A DNA stretch of 64,000 nt. Source: Deltaproteobacteria bacterium. GTDB taxonomy: Bacteria > Desulfobacterota > BSN033 > UBA1163. Position 1 is the first letter of the stretch; each line of letters begins with the position of its first letter. This document shows, piece after piece, positions 18,263 through 26,625 of the stretch. The notes under the pieces are model-generated. The model searched no databases, had not been told where the DNA came from, and worked only from the letters and a program-made list of their open reading frames with translations. Both the position numbers and the translations under genes were made by a program. The stretch covers positions 10,626 to 74,625 of the forward strand of contig JAGXTA010000033.1 in NCBI GenBank assembly GCA_018333535.1, in the 5' to 3' direction.

Positions 18263-18281
18263 GAAATTGAATTTCAATTTC
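18263..18281. promoter_or_regulatory. Fur-box-like 9-1-9 perfect palindrome upstream of fur-feoB
   Basis: GAAATTGAA-T-TTCAATTTC lies 16 nt upstream of the preferred fur ATG. It has the same architecture as the 19-bp Fur box and matches about 12 of 19 positions of GATAATGATAATCATTATC. Confidence 0.45.
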
Positions 18282-18319
18282 ATTTTAAGGGATGGTCCCC
18301 CTTTTGTCAATACTCATGA

Positions 18320-18382
18320 GATTTCTGAAAAAGTCCAAAAATCTCTGTAATCAGAGAGCGAGAGCAGTTTTTTAGCGCTCTC
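18320..18382 (-). repeat. GATTACACAGATT-family repeat, short form (both ends, centre missing)
   Basis: GATTTCTGAAAAAGTCCAAAAATCTCTGTAATCAGAGAGCG-AGAGCAGTTTTTTAGCGCTCTC equals the two ends of the 39019-39169 copy joined without the central ~90 bp. Confidence 0.6.
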
Positions 18383-18417
18383 AAGCCATTGACCCGCCTC
18401 CCGATCTCTGTTAAGTT

Positions 18418-19434
18418 TTGGTTATGGAGCGGATATCCTTTCGGGATCCTCTGATGAGTTACGAAAAGATCGTCACCCACAATGATTTCGACGGTCTCGT
18501 GAGTGCGGCCATTTGCGCGCGGGCATTGGGCGTGGGAAAAATTCTTTTTGCAGGTCCCATGACGATCCTGCGGTCCCAGATCACCATTACCGAGAAGGAC
18601 GTGGTCTGCGATCTTCCCTATCCCCTGCAATGCGGGCTCTGGTTCGACCACCACGAGGGAAACCTTCAGGAACTGGAATACCGGAAAATCGATCCACGAT
18701 CCATCCAGGGGCGGTTCGGCCTGAAATTGAGCTGCAGCAGGGTTGTCTTTGAATATTTCTCCGAAAAAATGGAGCTTCCGCCTCACTTTTCACAGGCTGC
18801 TGATGAAGCCGATATGATTGATGGTTTCACCTATTCCTCCGTAGAGGACTGGCGGAGAGAGACCCCGGGGAAGATCATTGACCAGACCCTGAAGGGACAC
18901 TTCCCATCCGCGGAGGAACAGACCTCGCATTTGAGAAATCTGGTCCGTGAGCTTCGGGACCGGCCAATCGGCGAGGTCTCTCAACTCGATTTTGTTCAGA
19001 GGAGGCTAAAACAGTACCGGGAGGAAGAGGGAAGGATGCTTAAGGTCATCCGGGATTGCTCCTATTTTATCGATCAGGATGAAAAGAGAGAGGTGATTGT
19101 CATCGACCTCACTTCTTATCAGCGGAGGCCTCTTCTCATCAAAAACCTGGCCCTTCTAGTCCATCCCGATGCGAAAGGAGTCTTAGAGGTTTACAACCTG
19201 ACGGAGCGGGGAGTGAAAAGCAATAACCTCGGTTTCTCCATGTCTCTATCTATTAACGGAAACAGGCAGGATAAGAAGAAGAATATCGGCGAGATCATGA
19301 GAACGCTAAATATCGGAGACGGCCATCCCGGCGCTGCCGCCGGGCAGGTGCGATGTAAATCGAAGCAGGAGATGCTAAAGAAGAAGAAAGAGGTGTTGAA
19401 CCAGATGTTTAAGCTCTGGTCTTCCCAAGTGTGA
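18418..19434 (+). CDS. DHH/DHHA1-family phosphoesterase (NrnA-like, divergent)
   Basis: THNDFDGLVSA (DxD motif), WFDHHEGN (DHH motif) and C-terminal GDGHPGAAAG (GGGH-type DHHA1 motif). 338 aa with a TTG start; ATG two codons later is possible. Confidence 0.65.
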   Translation: MVMERISFRDPLMSYEKIVTHNDFDGLVSAAICARALGVGKILFAGPMTILRSQITITEKDVVCDLPYPLQCGLWFDHHEGNLQELEYRKIDPRSIQGRFGLKLSCSRVVFEYFSEKMELPPHFSQAADEADMIDGFTYSSVEDWRRETPGKIIDQTLKGHFPSAEEQTSHLRNLVRELRDRPIGEVSQLDFVQRRLKQYREEEGRMLKVIRDCSYFIDQDEKREVIVIDLTSYQRRPLLIKNLALLVHPDAKGVLEVYNLTERGVKSNNLGFSMSLSINGNRQDKKKNIGEIMRTLNIGDGHPGAAAGQVRCKSKQEMLKKKKEVLNQMFKLWSSQV

Positions 19435-19535
19435 TTAGATCATCCGGGCTCACTTTTCAGTTTCTGCGAAAGAGGTAAAGAACGGGAAATGCCGGTTTTG
19501 TGGTTAACCGATTGTAGGAATCTGGTCTTAGCGCA

Positions 19536-20327
19536 ATGCATATTGACATACAACTAATCCCAGTTACTCCAGCCACTATTTCATCCACATCGGTTGTAGT
19601 GATCGATATTCTCAGGGCGACCTCTGTAATCGTCCATGCGATCTCACAAGGGGCTCTGGAGGTCATCCCTGTTCCCACAGTGGAAGAAGCCTTTCAATTT
19701 GCAAAGAAATTTCCCCGAGGCACCACCCTTCTGGGAGGAGAGCGGGGAAGTAAAAAGATCGAGGGGTTTGATCTGGGGAATTCACCGAGGGAATATTTCG
19801 CCGAAAAGGTAAAGGGGAAGAGATTAATCCTGACGACCACCAATGGGACAAAGGCGTTTCATTCTGTCTCATCCGGGGGAGAGGTAGCCGCTGGAAGTTT
19901 TTTTAACATCGGAGCAGTTGGAAGGCGATGCCTTGATCTGGGCCAGGACCTCCTGATTTTTCCTTCCGGAGATGAGGGAAGGTTCTCCCTCGAAGATACG
20001 GTTTGCGGGGGGATGCTCATTGACCGGATCTTAACGGAAGGGAAAAGGCTTGTTACCCTGACGGATGCAAGCCAATTGGCTCATGTTCTCTATCAGAGGT
20101 TTAAGGAAAACCTGGTTGAGTCTTTCCGTCTCTCGACTCATGGAAGGGACCTGATTGAACGGGGATTTGAAGAGGATTTAGCCTACTGTGCTCAGGTAGA
20201 TATCACAAACATTGTTCCAGTATTCCGTGAAGGAGTGATTCGGGCCCACCTCCTCCCATTCCTCTCCCTTGGTAGCACAGGCGTGACGCCTGTGGCCACC
20301 AGAGAGGGGAAGGGTGAGGGGGAATAG
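19536..20327 (+). CDS. comB: 2-phosphosulfolactate phosphatase family protein (ComB)
   Basis: VVVIDILRATSVIV and LGGERGSKKIEGFDLGNSPRE motifs. The last ~25 codons are read through a palindromic repeat. Confidence 0.8.
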   Translation: MHIDIQLIPVTPATISSTSVVVIDILRATSVIVHAISQGALEVIPVPTVEEAFQFAKKFPRGTTLLGGERGSKKIEGFDLGNSPREYFAEKVKGKRLILTTTNGTKAFHSVSSGGEVAAGSFFNIGAVGRRCLDLGQDLLIFPSGDEGRFSLEDTVCGGMLIDRILTEGKRLVTLTDASQLAHVLYQRFKENLVESFRLSTHGRDLIERGFEEDLAYCAQVDITNIVPVFREGVIRAHLLPFLSLGSTGVTPVATREGKGEGE

Positions 20328-20379
20328 TGAGTAGAGACGATTGACAAGGGATAGAAGGCGAAAGACAAGGGGAAAAAGG

Positions 20380-20850
20380 ATGCGACGTTCGGAAAGGGAG
20401 ATCAAAGACAAAAAAACAATAGCCGCCCTATTGGAACGGTCACCGCTTGGCAGGATGGCCACAGTTAACCCGAAGGGTTTTCCTGTGATCAAGCCTGTCA
20501 ACTTTGTTTACTGGAGCGGAAAGATCTACATCCATTCCTCCGCAAAAGGAGAAAAAATCAGGGATATCCGCAGTGGAAGCCCTGTCTGCTTCGAGCTGGA
20601 TGAACCGATTGCCTATGCCCCTGCAAATGGGCCTGCCTGCATGGCCGGTTATTACTATCGAAGCGTGATCATTAAAGGAAGGGCCGATCTAATAAAAGAC
20701 AGGGAGAGAAAATTGGAAATTCTCGAAAGATTGATGGAGAAATATCAGCCCGAGGGCGGGTATGACCCCATTTCGGAAGAAGTGATGAAGAAGACAGCGA
20801 TTATCGAAATATCCATCCGGGAGATGACCGGAAAAGAGAGATTGGGATAG
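20380..20850 (+). CDS. pyridoxamine 5'-phosphate oxidase-family (FMN-binding split barrel) protein
   Basis: Start at MRRSEREIKDKKTIAALL, the typical family N-terminus; 156 aa. The stop abuts the next gene's ATG. Confidence 0.7.
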   Translation: MRRSEREIKDKKTIAALLERSPLGRMATVNPKGFPVIKPVNFVYWSGKIYIHSSAKGEKIRDIRSGSPVCFELDEPIAYAPANGPACMAGYYYRSVIIKGRADLIKDRERKLEILERLMEKYQPEGGYDPISEEVMKKTAIIEISIREMTGKERLG

Positions 20851-21990
20851 ATGGAAGGATCTGTTTCCATTGTCAAATGCCAAACCTATGACGAAAAAGA
20901 AGTTCTAAAAGCACTCCGGCGATCCATTGATCTCATCGGAGGGATCAATTCGTTTGTAAAGAGGGGTGACCGTGTCCTTCTCAAGCCCAATCTCCTTTAT
21001 GGAAAGAGCCCGGAGAAGGCAGTGACCACCCACCCTTCCATCATAAGAGGGGTTATTCAGATTGTCAGGGAAAATGGGGGAATCCCAATTCTTGGCGATA
21101 GCCCGGGGCTGGGTAGCGCCCTAAGGGTTTCCGAGAATTCCGGGATTAAAAGGGTCGCAGATGCGATGGATTGTCCGATTGTTGAATTTAACAGGCCTGT
21201 TTTGCCTCCGGAGAGCAAAGGAAGAATCTTTAAAAATATTGAGATCGATCAGGCCGTTTTCGAAGCCGATGTCATCATCAATCTTCCGAAGTGGAAAACT
21301 CACGCTCAGATGCTCCTCACCCTTGGCGTCAAAAATCTTTTTGGATGTGTCCCTGGACCGAGGAAGGCGCTTTGGCATCTCAAGGCCGGAGAAGATCACA
21401 AAATATTTGCTCAGATGCTGGTAGATATTTATCATATGATTCAGCCGGCGCTTACTATTCTGGACGGGATCGTTGGAATGGAGGGAAGTGGCCCTAACAG
21501 TGGTCATCCCATTTCGCTTGGACTGTTATTAGCCAGCCCGGACCCACTCAGTCTTGATCAGATTGTCTGCGATCTTCTTGGAATTCCACGAGAGTCTCTG
21601 TTGACGAATCGAGTGGCCTTTGAACAAGGGTTGGGAATGGATGGGATCATAGTGGTGGGAGAACGTTTGGAGGATGTGAGAATCAGGCAGTTTAAGTTCC
21701 CCGGCCTATGGAGGATTGACTGGAATCTCCCGGGGTTTATCAAGAAAGCTTTAAAAAATGCGTTCAGCTCAAAGCCGGTTATCGCAGAAGAGGTGTGTAA
21801 GCTATGCAGACAATGCATTGAAATCTGTCCACCCAAGGTGCTCAAAGAAAATGAAAAAGGCTTGGAAATTGATTACGGTCAATGTATCCGGTGTTTCTGC
21901 TGTCAGGAAATCTGTCCGGAGGGAGCCATCACTATCCAACAAGGATGGGGGTTGAAATTGGTAGGCGGTAGGCAAAAATTAGTAGACTAA
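20851..21990 (+). CDS. DUF362 protein with C-terminal 2x[4Fe-4S] ferredoxin domain
   Basis: VLLKPNLL and ILDGIVGMEGSGPNSG are DUF362 blocks. CKLCRQCIEICP and CIRCFCCQEICP are ferredoxin motifs. Confidence 0.8.
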   Translation: MEGSVSIVKCQTYDEKEVLKALRRSIDLIGGINSFVKRGDRVLLKPNLLYGKSPEKAVTTHPSIIRGVIQIVRENGGIPILGDSPGLGSALRVSENSGIKRVADAMDCPIVEFNRPVLPPESKGRIFKNIEIDQAVFEADVIINLPKWKTHAQMLLTLGVKNLFGCVPGPRKALWHLKAGEDHKIFAQMLVDIYHMIQPALTILDGIVGMEGSGPNSGHPISLGLLLASPDPLSLDQIVCDLLGIPRESLLTNRVAFEQGLGMDGIIVVGERLEDVRIRQFKFPGLWRIDWNLPGFIKKALKNAFSSKPVIAEEVCKLCRQCIEICPPKVLKENEKGLEIDYGQCIRCFCCQEICPEGAITIQQGWGLKLVGGRQKLVD

Positions 21991-21993
21991 CTC

Positions 21994-22076
21994 ATGATAG
22001 TAATCAGTAATCGGTGATCAGTGATCAGTGGTGACTGACAAGTGACTGATAACTGATGACCGGTCACTGATCACTT
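21994..22076. repeat. TGATCAGTGAT word repeat
   Basis: CATGATAGTAATCAGTAATCGGTGATCAGTGATCAGTGG...GGTCACTGATCAC starts right after the stop codon. A homologous string (TGATAGTAAACCGTGATCAGTGATTGTG) is at 24816-24843, also starting at a stop codon. Confidence 0.6.
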
Positions 22077-22088
22077 GGATTTCAGAGG

Positions 22089-22880
22089 ATGCGAACCATT
22101 AAACTTCTGATCGAATACGATGGAACGAACTACCTGGGATGGCAGGTGCAAGCAAAGGGACTTACCATCCAGGGAATGATCGAAGAGAAATTGAAACTTC
22201 TCACAGGGGAGGGTGTCTGTCTGATTGGATCAGGAAGGACGGATGCAGGAGCGCATGCCTTTGGGCAGGTGGCCCATTTTAAAGTCCAGAACAGAATGGA
22301 TGCGGGGACAATCCAGAAAGCCATTAACAGCCTACTTCCCCCCGATATTGTTATTAAAAAGGCAGAAGAAGTTGAAGAGAATTTTCATGCCCGGAAACAG
22401 GCCAGGAGCAAGATTTATGAGTACCGGATCCTCAATCGGCCCATCCGATCCGTATTTCATCGCGGATATGCCTGGCACATCCCGCAGAAGTCGGACTGGG
22501 AAGAGGTAAAGAAAGCAACTCAGAAACTGGTGGGTGAACATGACTTCTCGTCTTTCCGTTCAACAGGAACCCCAACGAAGACCGCTGTCCGGAAAATCTT
22601 TCGGGCTGAATGGAAGAAGGGAAGGGATGGACTGATGAGATTTGAGATTGAAGCGAGCGGTTTCCTGAAACAGATGGTCAGGGCTATCGTAGGAACGCTG
22701 GTAGAAGTAGGAAGAGGGAAGATCGATGCGGATGAGTTTCAAAAGATTCTTGAATCAAAAGACAGAAAAAAAGCAGGCCCCACCGCCCCTGCCCATGGTT
22801 TATTCTTGAAAGAAGTGAAATATGATGGTTTCGTAAAAAGTCGTCATTCCCGTGGAAACGGGAATCCAGGAGAATTCTAA
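22089..22880 (+). CDS. truA: tRNA pseudouridine(38-40) synthase
   Basis: MRTIKLLIEYDGTNYLGWQVQ and GSGRTDAGAHA (catalytic Asp). The C-terminal ~12 codons run into a hairpin repeat (CATTCCCGTGGAAACGGGAATC). Confidence 0.9.
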   Translation: MRTIKLLIEYDGTNYLGWQVQAKGLTIQGMIEEKLKLLTGEGVCLIGSGRTDAGAHAFGQVAHFKVQNRMDAGTIQKAINSLLPPDIVIKKAEEVEENFHARKQARSKIYEYRILNRPIRSVFHRGYAWHIPQKSDWEEVKKATQKLVGEHDFSSFRSTGTPTKTAVRKIFRAEWKKGRDGLMRFEIEASGFLKQMVRAIVGTLVEVGRGKIDADEFQKILESKDRKKAGPTAPAHGLFLKEVKYDGFVKSRHSRGNGNPGEF

Positions 22881-23230
22881 CTATCTTACAAGACTGTTCA
22901 TATTTCAACTATCCATATACCTTGACGAAACCATCCTTTCTTTGATAATGTTCCACCATGTTGGGGAGACCGAAAAAAGATGTCCCGAGGAACCTGGACC
23001 GGATTACCATACCGACGACCTGGCTCTTCGGAAGAACTGGGGACATCCACAATTTTCATCCTAACATCTCTTTTAAATTTAAAGGGTTAGGCAAGAATCA
23101 GGCCTATAATAATAGGCAGAATTATCTTATCATGATATAATATTTCCGCCTAATATCTGTTCAGCACCAAGGAGAGGTTCAAAAAGACAGGCCCGGGAAA
23201 GCCAAGTTTATTAATTGATGTAGAATTCCT

Positions 23231-24022
23231 ATGACAAGTACAAACGACCTAAGATGTCCTGGTAGTGACCCGCTCTCAAGGGTAGTGCCCGAATTGTTCC
23301 AATGTCTTGCGTGTAATGAGGAAATTGAGATCTGGACCGACGAAGTCGGAGGAAGATGTCCATCATGCAAAACTTACTTCAAGAAGATACAGCTATCAAA
23401 TGCAACGACCACCCCACAAAATGCTCTGAACAGCTACGACGCAAAACTCAAACAGTTGATCCAAAATGCGCAAGGATCAGGAGCTACTGAGGCTGCGATT
23501 ATTTCAACAAGGGTTATTGTGGTTGACGACGACCTTGCCGACAAATGCCGAGAACCGCGGTGCGAGAATTACGGACTGTCAAGAAGTTGCCCTCCTCATA
23601 TCTCAGGGCCTACGGTGTTCAAAGAACACCTTGAAGAGTTTAGTCAGGCGGTCTTCTTCAAAATTGATGTTCCTTCAGAGATTCTCTATTCCAGTGAGCG
23701 CCGGGAGCTTTTTCAATTGCTCCACGAAATAGCAGCTGGTATCGAAAAGTCTGCCATCGAAATGGGATTCGCACACGCACAAGCTTATGCGGGAGGTTCA
23801 TGTAAGAAAGTCTTTTGTTACGACTACCCTGAATGCCTCGCGCTTGCTGGAGAAGGAGAATGCAGGAATCCTGGATACGCAAGGCCTTCTATGTCCGGAT
23901 TCGGGATTAATGTGGCAAAGCTCTTTGAAACGGCCGGATGGAACACGGGCACCAATACTCATGACGCTGTTTCAACTGCAAACAAAACCGCAAGCGTTTG
24001 CGGCTTGGTATTGATCTATTGA
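23231..24022 (+). CDS. DUF2284 metal-binding protein with N-terminal zinc-ribbon extension
   Basis: CREPRCENYGLSRSCPP, GGSCKKVFC and ARPSMSGFGINV match the DUF2284 pattern. The N-terminus adds CLAC...CPSC. Confidence 0.7.
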   Translation: MTSTNDLRCPGSDPLSRVVPELFQCLACNEEIEIWTDEVGGRCPSCKTYFKKIQLSNATTTPQNALNSYDAKLKQLIQNAQGSGATEAAIISTRVIVVDDDLADKCREPRCENYGLSRSCPPHISGPTVFKEHLEEFSQAVFFKIDVPSEILYSSERRELFQLLHEIAAGIEKSAIEMGFAHAQAYAGGSCKKVFCYDYPECLALAGEGECRNPGYARPSMSGFGINVAKLFETAGWNTGTNTHDAVSTANKTASVCGLVLIY

Positions 24023-24082
24023 CCGGTCTTTGAAGGGAAGGGCTGAAAGCGGAATGGCCTGGGAAAGGTCTCAGTAGGCTTT

Positions 24083-24313
24083 ATGTTGGTCGACAGATTA
24101 GGATATTTCGTTTTTATGAAGATCAGGGTTGAGAAAAAACATTGTTGGAATCGTTCTTGGAAAACTTATAAGGTAAAATCTCATAATCCCGCTGAAGCCC
24201 TGATTAATGCTTTAGATATTTTAGAAAAACACGGATTCTACATCAATCATAACACAATTCAATTTGGAGAAAAAATTGGATCCCCCGATTATTTTAAAAA
24301 GTTGGGACTTTAA
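24083..24313 (+). CDS. hypothetical protein (weak)
   Basis: 76-aa ORF in an AT-rich stretch, with no convincing SD and no motif recognised. Confidence 0.25.
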   Translation: MLVDRLGYFVFMKIRVEKKHCWNRSWKTYKVKSHNPAEALINALDILEKHGFYINHNTIQFGEKIGSPDYFKKLGL

Positions 24314-24632
24314 AACTCTTAACAAGCCGCATCAACTCGGACTGGCTATTCCGCTAACCAAGACTTAGTACCAGGCAAGGATAATTAGGTATTGGTTAAA
24401 ATGGATGGGGGAAAATGTGGTCGAGGGGAAGAAAAGAAAATGCCGTGTTTCCGTTGCCTGACACCCGTCTGTATTATGTTTGGTTATCCAATCCTGGAAA
24501 TCAGGAGCCCCGGGGAGATTGTTTATGAAAAAGACGTTTGATGCCGTACAGGATGGTGAGACAAGTTGTTGAGGATGAGGGATACGCATGTCCCGAGATT
24601 TGTTCGCCCGAAGAACTAATGGAGGTCGTGAA

Positions 24633-24818
24633 ATGAAAGCCCCGATTGTTGAGGAAGTCCGAAAGCACCGAATGGAACATACACAGAAATTTCAAGGAAA
24701 TCTTTCTACAATCTGCGCCGACCTGCGACACGTTCAGATAGCTTCTGGCCACAAAATTATCCGTCTTGCTCCCAGAAAGCTGGAACGCCCAAGAAAACAT
24801 GTTAAGGCGGGCAACTGA
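24633..24818 (+). CDS. small hypothetical protein (61 aa)
   Basis: GGAGG lies 8 nt upstream of the internal ATG (MKAPIVEEVRKHRMEH...). The sequence resembles a widespread family of small uncharacterised proteins as I recall it, but I cannot name the family. Confidence 0.4.
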   Translation: MKAPIVEEVRKHRMEHTQKFQGNLSTICADLRHVQIASGHKIIRLAPRKLERPRKHVKAGN

Positions 24819-24994
24819 TAGTAAACCGTGATCAGTGATTGTGTCCGTTGAGAAGAAGCCGCCCTTAAGAACTCAGGGAGACGTCCAAATGCTGCCTGCA
24901 ACAACGGCTAACACGCTGCAAAAAACTATCGTCCAAACTCTTATGGCCCCTGCCTTCCTTATATTAAGATCCTAAAAATTGAATTGACATAGGC

Positions 24995-25100
24995 ATTGGA
25001 AAATCTCCCCTCGCCCCTCCCGTGGTCGGGTCTTTTCGACTTTGCCAAAGAGGGGTAATTCCTCCCTTAGGCAAAGGGAGGATAGGAGGGATTTTACAAA
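24995..25100. repeat. repeat related to the core of MITE family 1
   Basis: GGAAAATCTCCCC...CTTTGCCAAAGAGGGG...CCCTTAGGCAAAGGGAGGATAGGAGGGATTTTAC has the same hairpin architecture as the MITE family 1 interior. A CCTAAAAATTGAATTGAC string at 24971 resembles the MITE termini. The ends and any duplication are not resolvable. Confidence 0.5.
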
Positions 25101-25130
25101 TGGATGTCGTTACTATTTTGAGAAAATTAA

Positions 25131-26264
25131 CTATATTTTGATCAACTCGTAATCCCTTGTGCCCAGGCCGATTTCTTCGGCATAACCGAGTTGAATATTC
25201 CAATCGACCTCCGGGTAGATGGCGCGAAATTTATCTCCTCCCTGTCCCCAATTCCGGGACAGTTTAGAAGATCGATTTCCCTCTTCCTGATTGACCAGAT
25301 CGACCGAAGCCTGATCGATGGCTACAGGGTCCTCAGAGGCAAGGATTCCGATATCATTGACAATCGGGGTGTCAGAGAATCCGTAACAATCGCAGGCAGG
25401 GGAGATCTGGGTGAGGAAGTTTAGGTAGAGGGCCTTCCCTTTTTTCTTGTGAACGACTCCGTAGGCGTGCTCCACCATCTTCTTCTGAAAGAGGGGGATC
25501 GATTCATTCCACTGGATCTGGATGGCTCCGGCAGGGCAGGTGAGGATGCATTCTCCGCATCCGATGCATTTTTTTGAATCGATGAGAGCGACCGGTTGTT
25601 TGCCTTTGCCCTCCACTTCAGGTGGGATCATTGAAATGGCGTCTGAAGGGCACCAGGGAAGGCAGGTCTCGCACCCTTTGCACGACTTCGCTTTCACTTT
25701 GGGTGAGATGTTGGAATGCTGGCTCAACTTCCCCTCCCGGCTGGCGCATCCCATCCCGAGGTTCTTTAGCGTTCCTCCAAATCCCGATAGTTCATGCCCC
25801 TTAAAATGGGTCACGCCGAGCAGGGCATCCGCCATATGAATGGCGTGGGCAATGGAGACAGTTTTAAAAAGGGGTTTATCGATTTTGACCTTGACCGCGC
25901 TGTTTCCTCTCAAACCATCGGCGATCAGGACTGGGGCATTGACTGCGGATTCGGTGAAGCCGTGTTCATAGGCAGTGGTGAGATGGGAGACCGCCTCACT
26001 CCGGGTTCCAATATAGAGGGTATTCGTATCAGTCAGGAAGGGTTTTCCTTTGCAATCCCTGACCCGGTCCACGATTTTTTTTAAAAAGATGGGCCGGACA
26101 TAGGCCGTGTTGCCTTTTTCGCCAAAGTGGAGCTTGATCGCAACCAGGTCTTTCTCTTTGATCTTTCCTTTTAGGTCGGTCCGCTCGAGAAGAATATCGA
26201 TCTTATCGAAGAGCGTCTTTTTTGATTCCACTTTCAGGTCAGAGAAAAATACATTGCTTTTCAT
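25131..26264 (-). CDS. DUF362 protein with internal 2x[4Fe-4S] ferredoxin insert
   Basis: VAIKLHFGEKGN and FKGHELSGFGG are DUF362-type blocks. CKGCETCLPWCP and CIGCGECILTCP are ferredoxin motifs; 377 aa. Confidence 0.8.
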   Translation of the reverse strand: MKSNVFFSDLKVESKKTLFDKIDILLERTDLKGKIKEKDLVAIKLHFGEKGNTAYVRPIFLKKIVDRVRDCKGKPFLTDTNTLYIGTRSEAVSHLTTAYEHGFTESAVNAPVLIADGLRGNSAVKVKIDKPLFKTVSIAHAIHMADALLGVTHFKGHELSGFGGTLKNLGMGCASREGKLSQHSNISPKVKAKSCKGCETCLPWCPSDAISMIPPEVEGKGKQPVALIDSKKCIGCGECILTCPAGAIQIQWNESIPLFQKKMVEHAYGVVHKKKGKALYLNFLTQISPACDCYGFSDTPIVNDIGILASEDPVAIDQASVDLVNQEEGNRSSKLSRNWGQGGDKFRAIYPEVDWNIQLGYAEEIGLGTRDYELIKI

Positions 26265-26360
26265 GGGTTAGTCTCCGTGGCGAAATTCTAAGAGAAACCC
26301 GGAGGTGTGTCAATGTTCGGAGGTAGGAATTGGTCATGCCTCACTGGGGTGTGTGTGAGA

Positions 26361-26435
26361 GCCGATAGGCGGGGCCTGCTGCAGGTCTAACCCCGCCTCC
26401 AACATAGGCGGGACAGGAATGTCCCGCCTATCGGG
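26361..26435. repeat. palindromic ATAGGCGGGAC repeat
   Basis: CCGATAGGCGGGG...CCCCGCCT...ATAGGCGGGACAGGAATGTCCCGCCTATCGG contains a 12-bp perfect stem. Confidence 0.6.
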
Positions 26436-26625
26436 TATCATTCAGTTTTTATCAAGAATTTTGTTCCCCAAGTTGACGATGGATTTTCCTGTATCATCTC
26501 CTAAAAGTTTCTTTCCAGGAAAAGAGACAAACCAGCAAGTTCTGCGGGTTGATTTTATTTTGGAAATAATGTAGTAAATATAACTGTTTCCATTTCGATT
26601 CGGAGGCTTGAAGAAAGGAGAGAAG

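Noticed and set aside
17774-18319. 181-aa plus-strand ORF, and the 159-aa minus-strand ORF at 18307-18786
   Set aside because: They are antisense to fur and to the DHH gene respectively. No motifs; both are explained as shadow ORFs.
22958-23140. 60-aa ORF starting MLGRPKKDVPRNL (reminiscent of small DNA-binding or excisionase-like proteins)
   Set aside because: The resemblance is limited to a GRPKK string. There is no SD, and the ORF lies in a gap that may instead hold an RNA structure. The evidence is insufficient.
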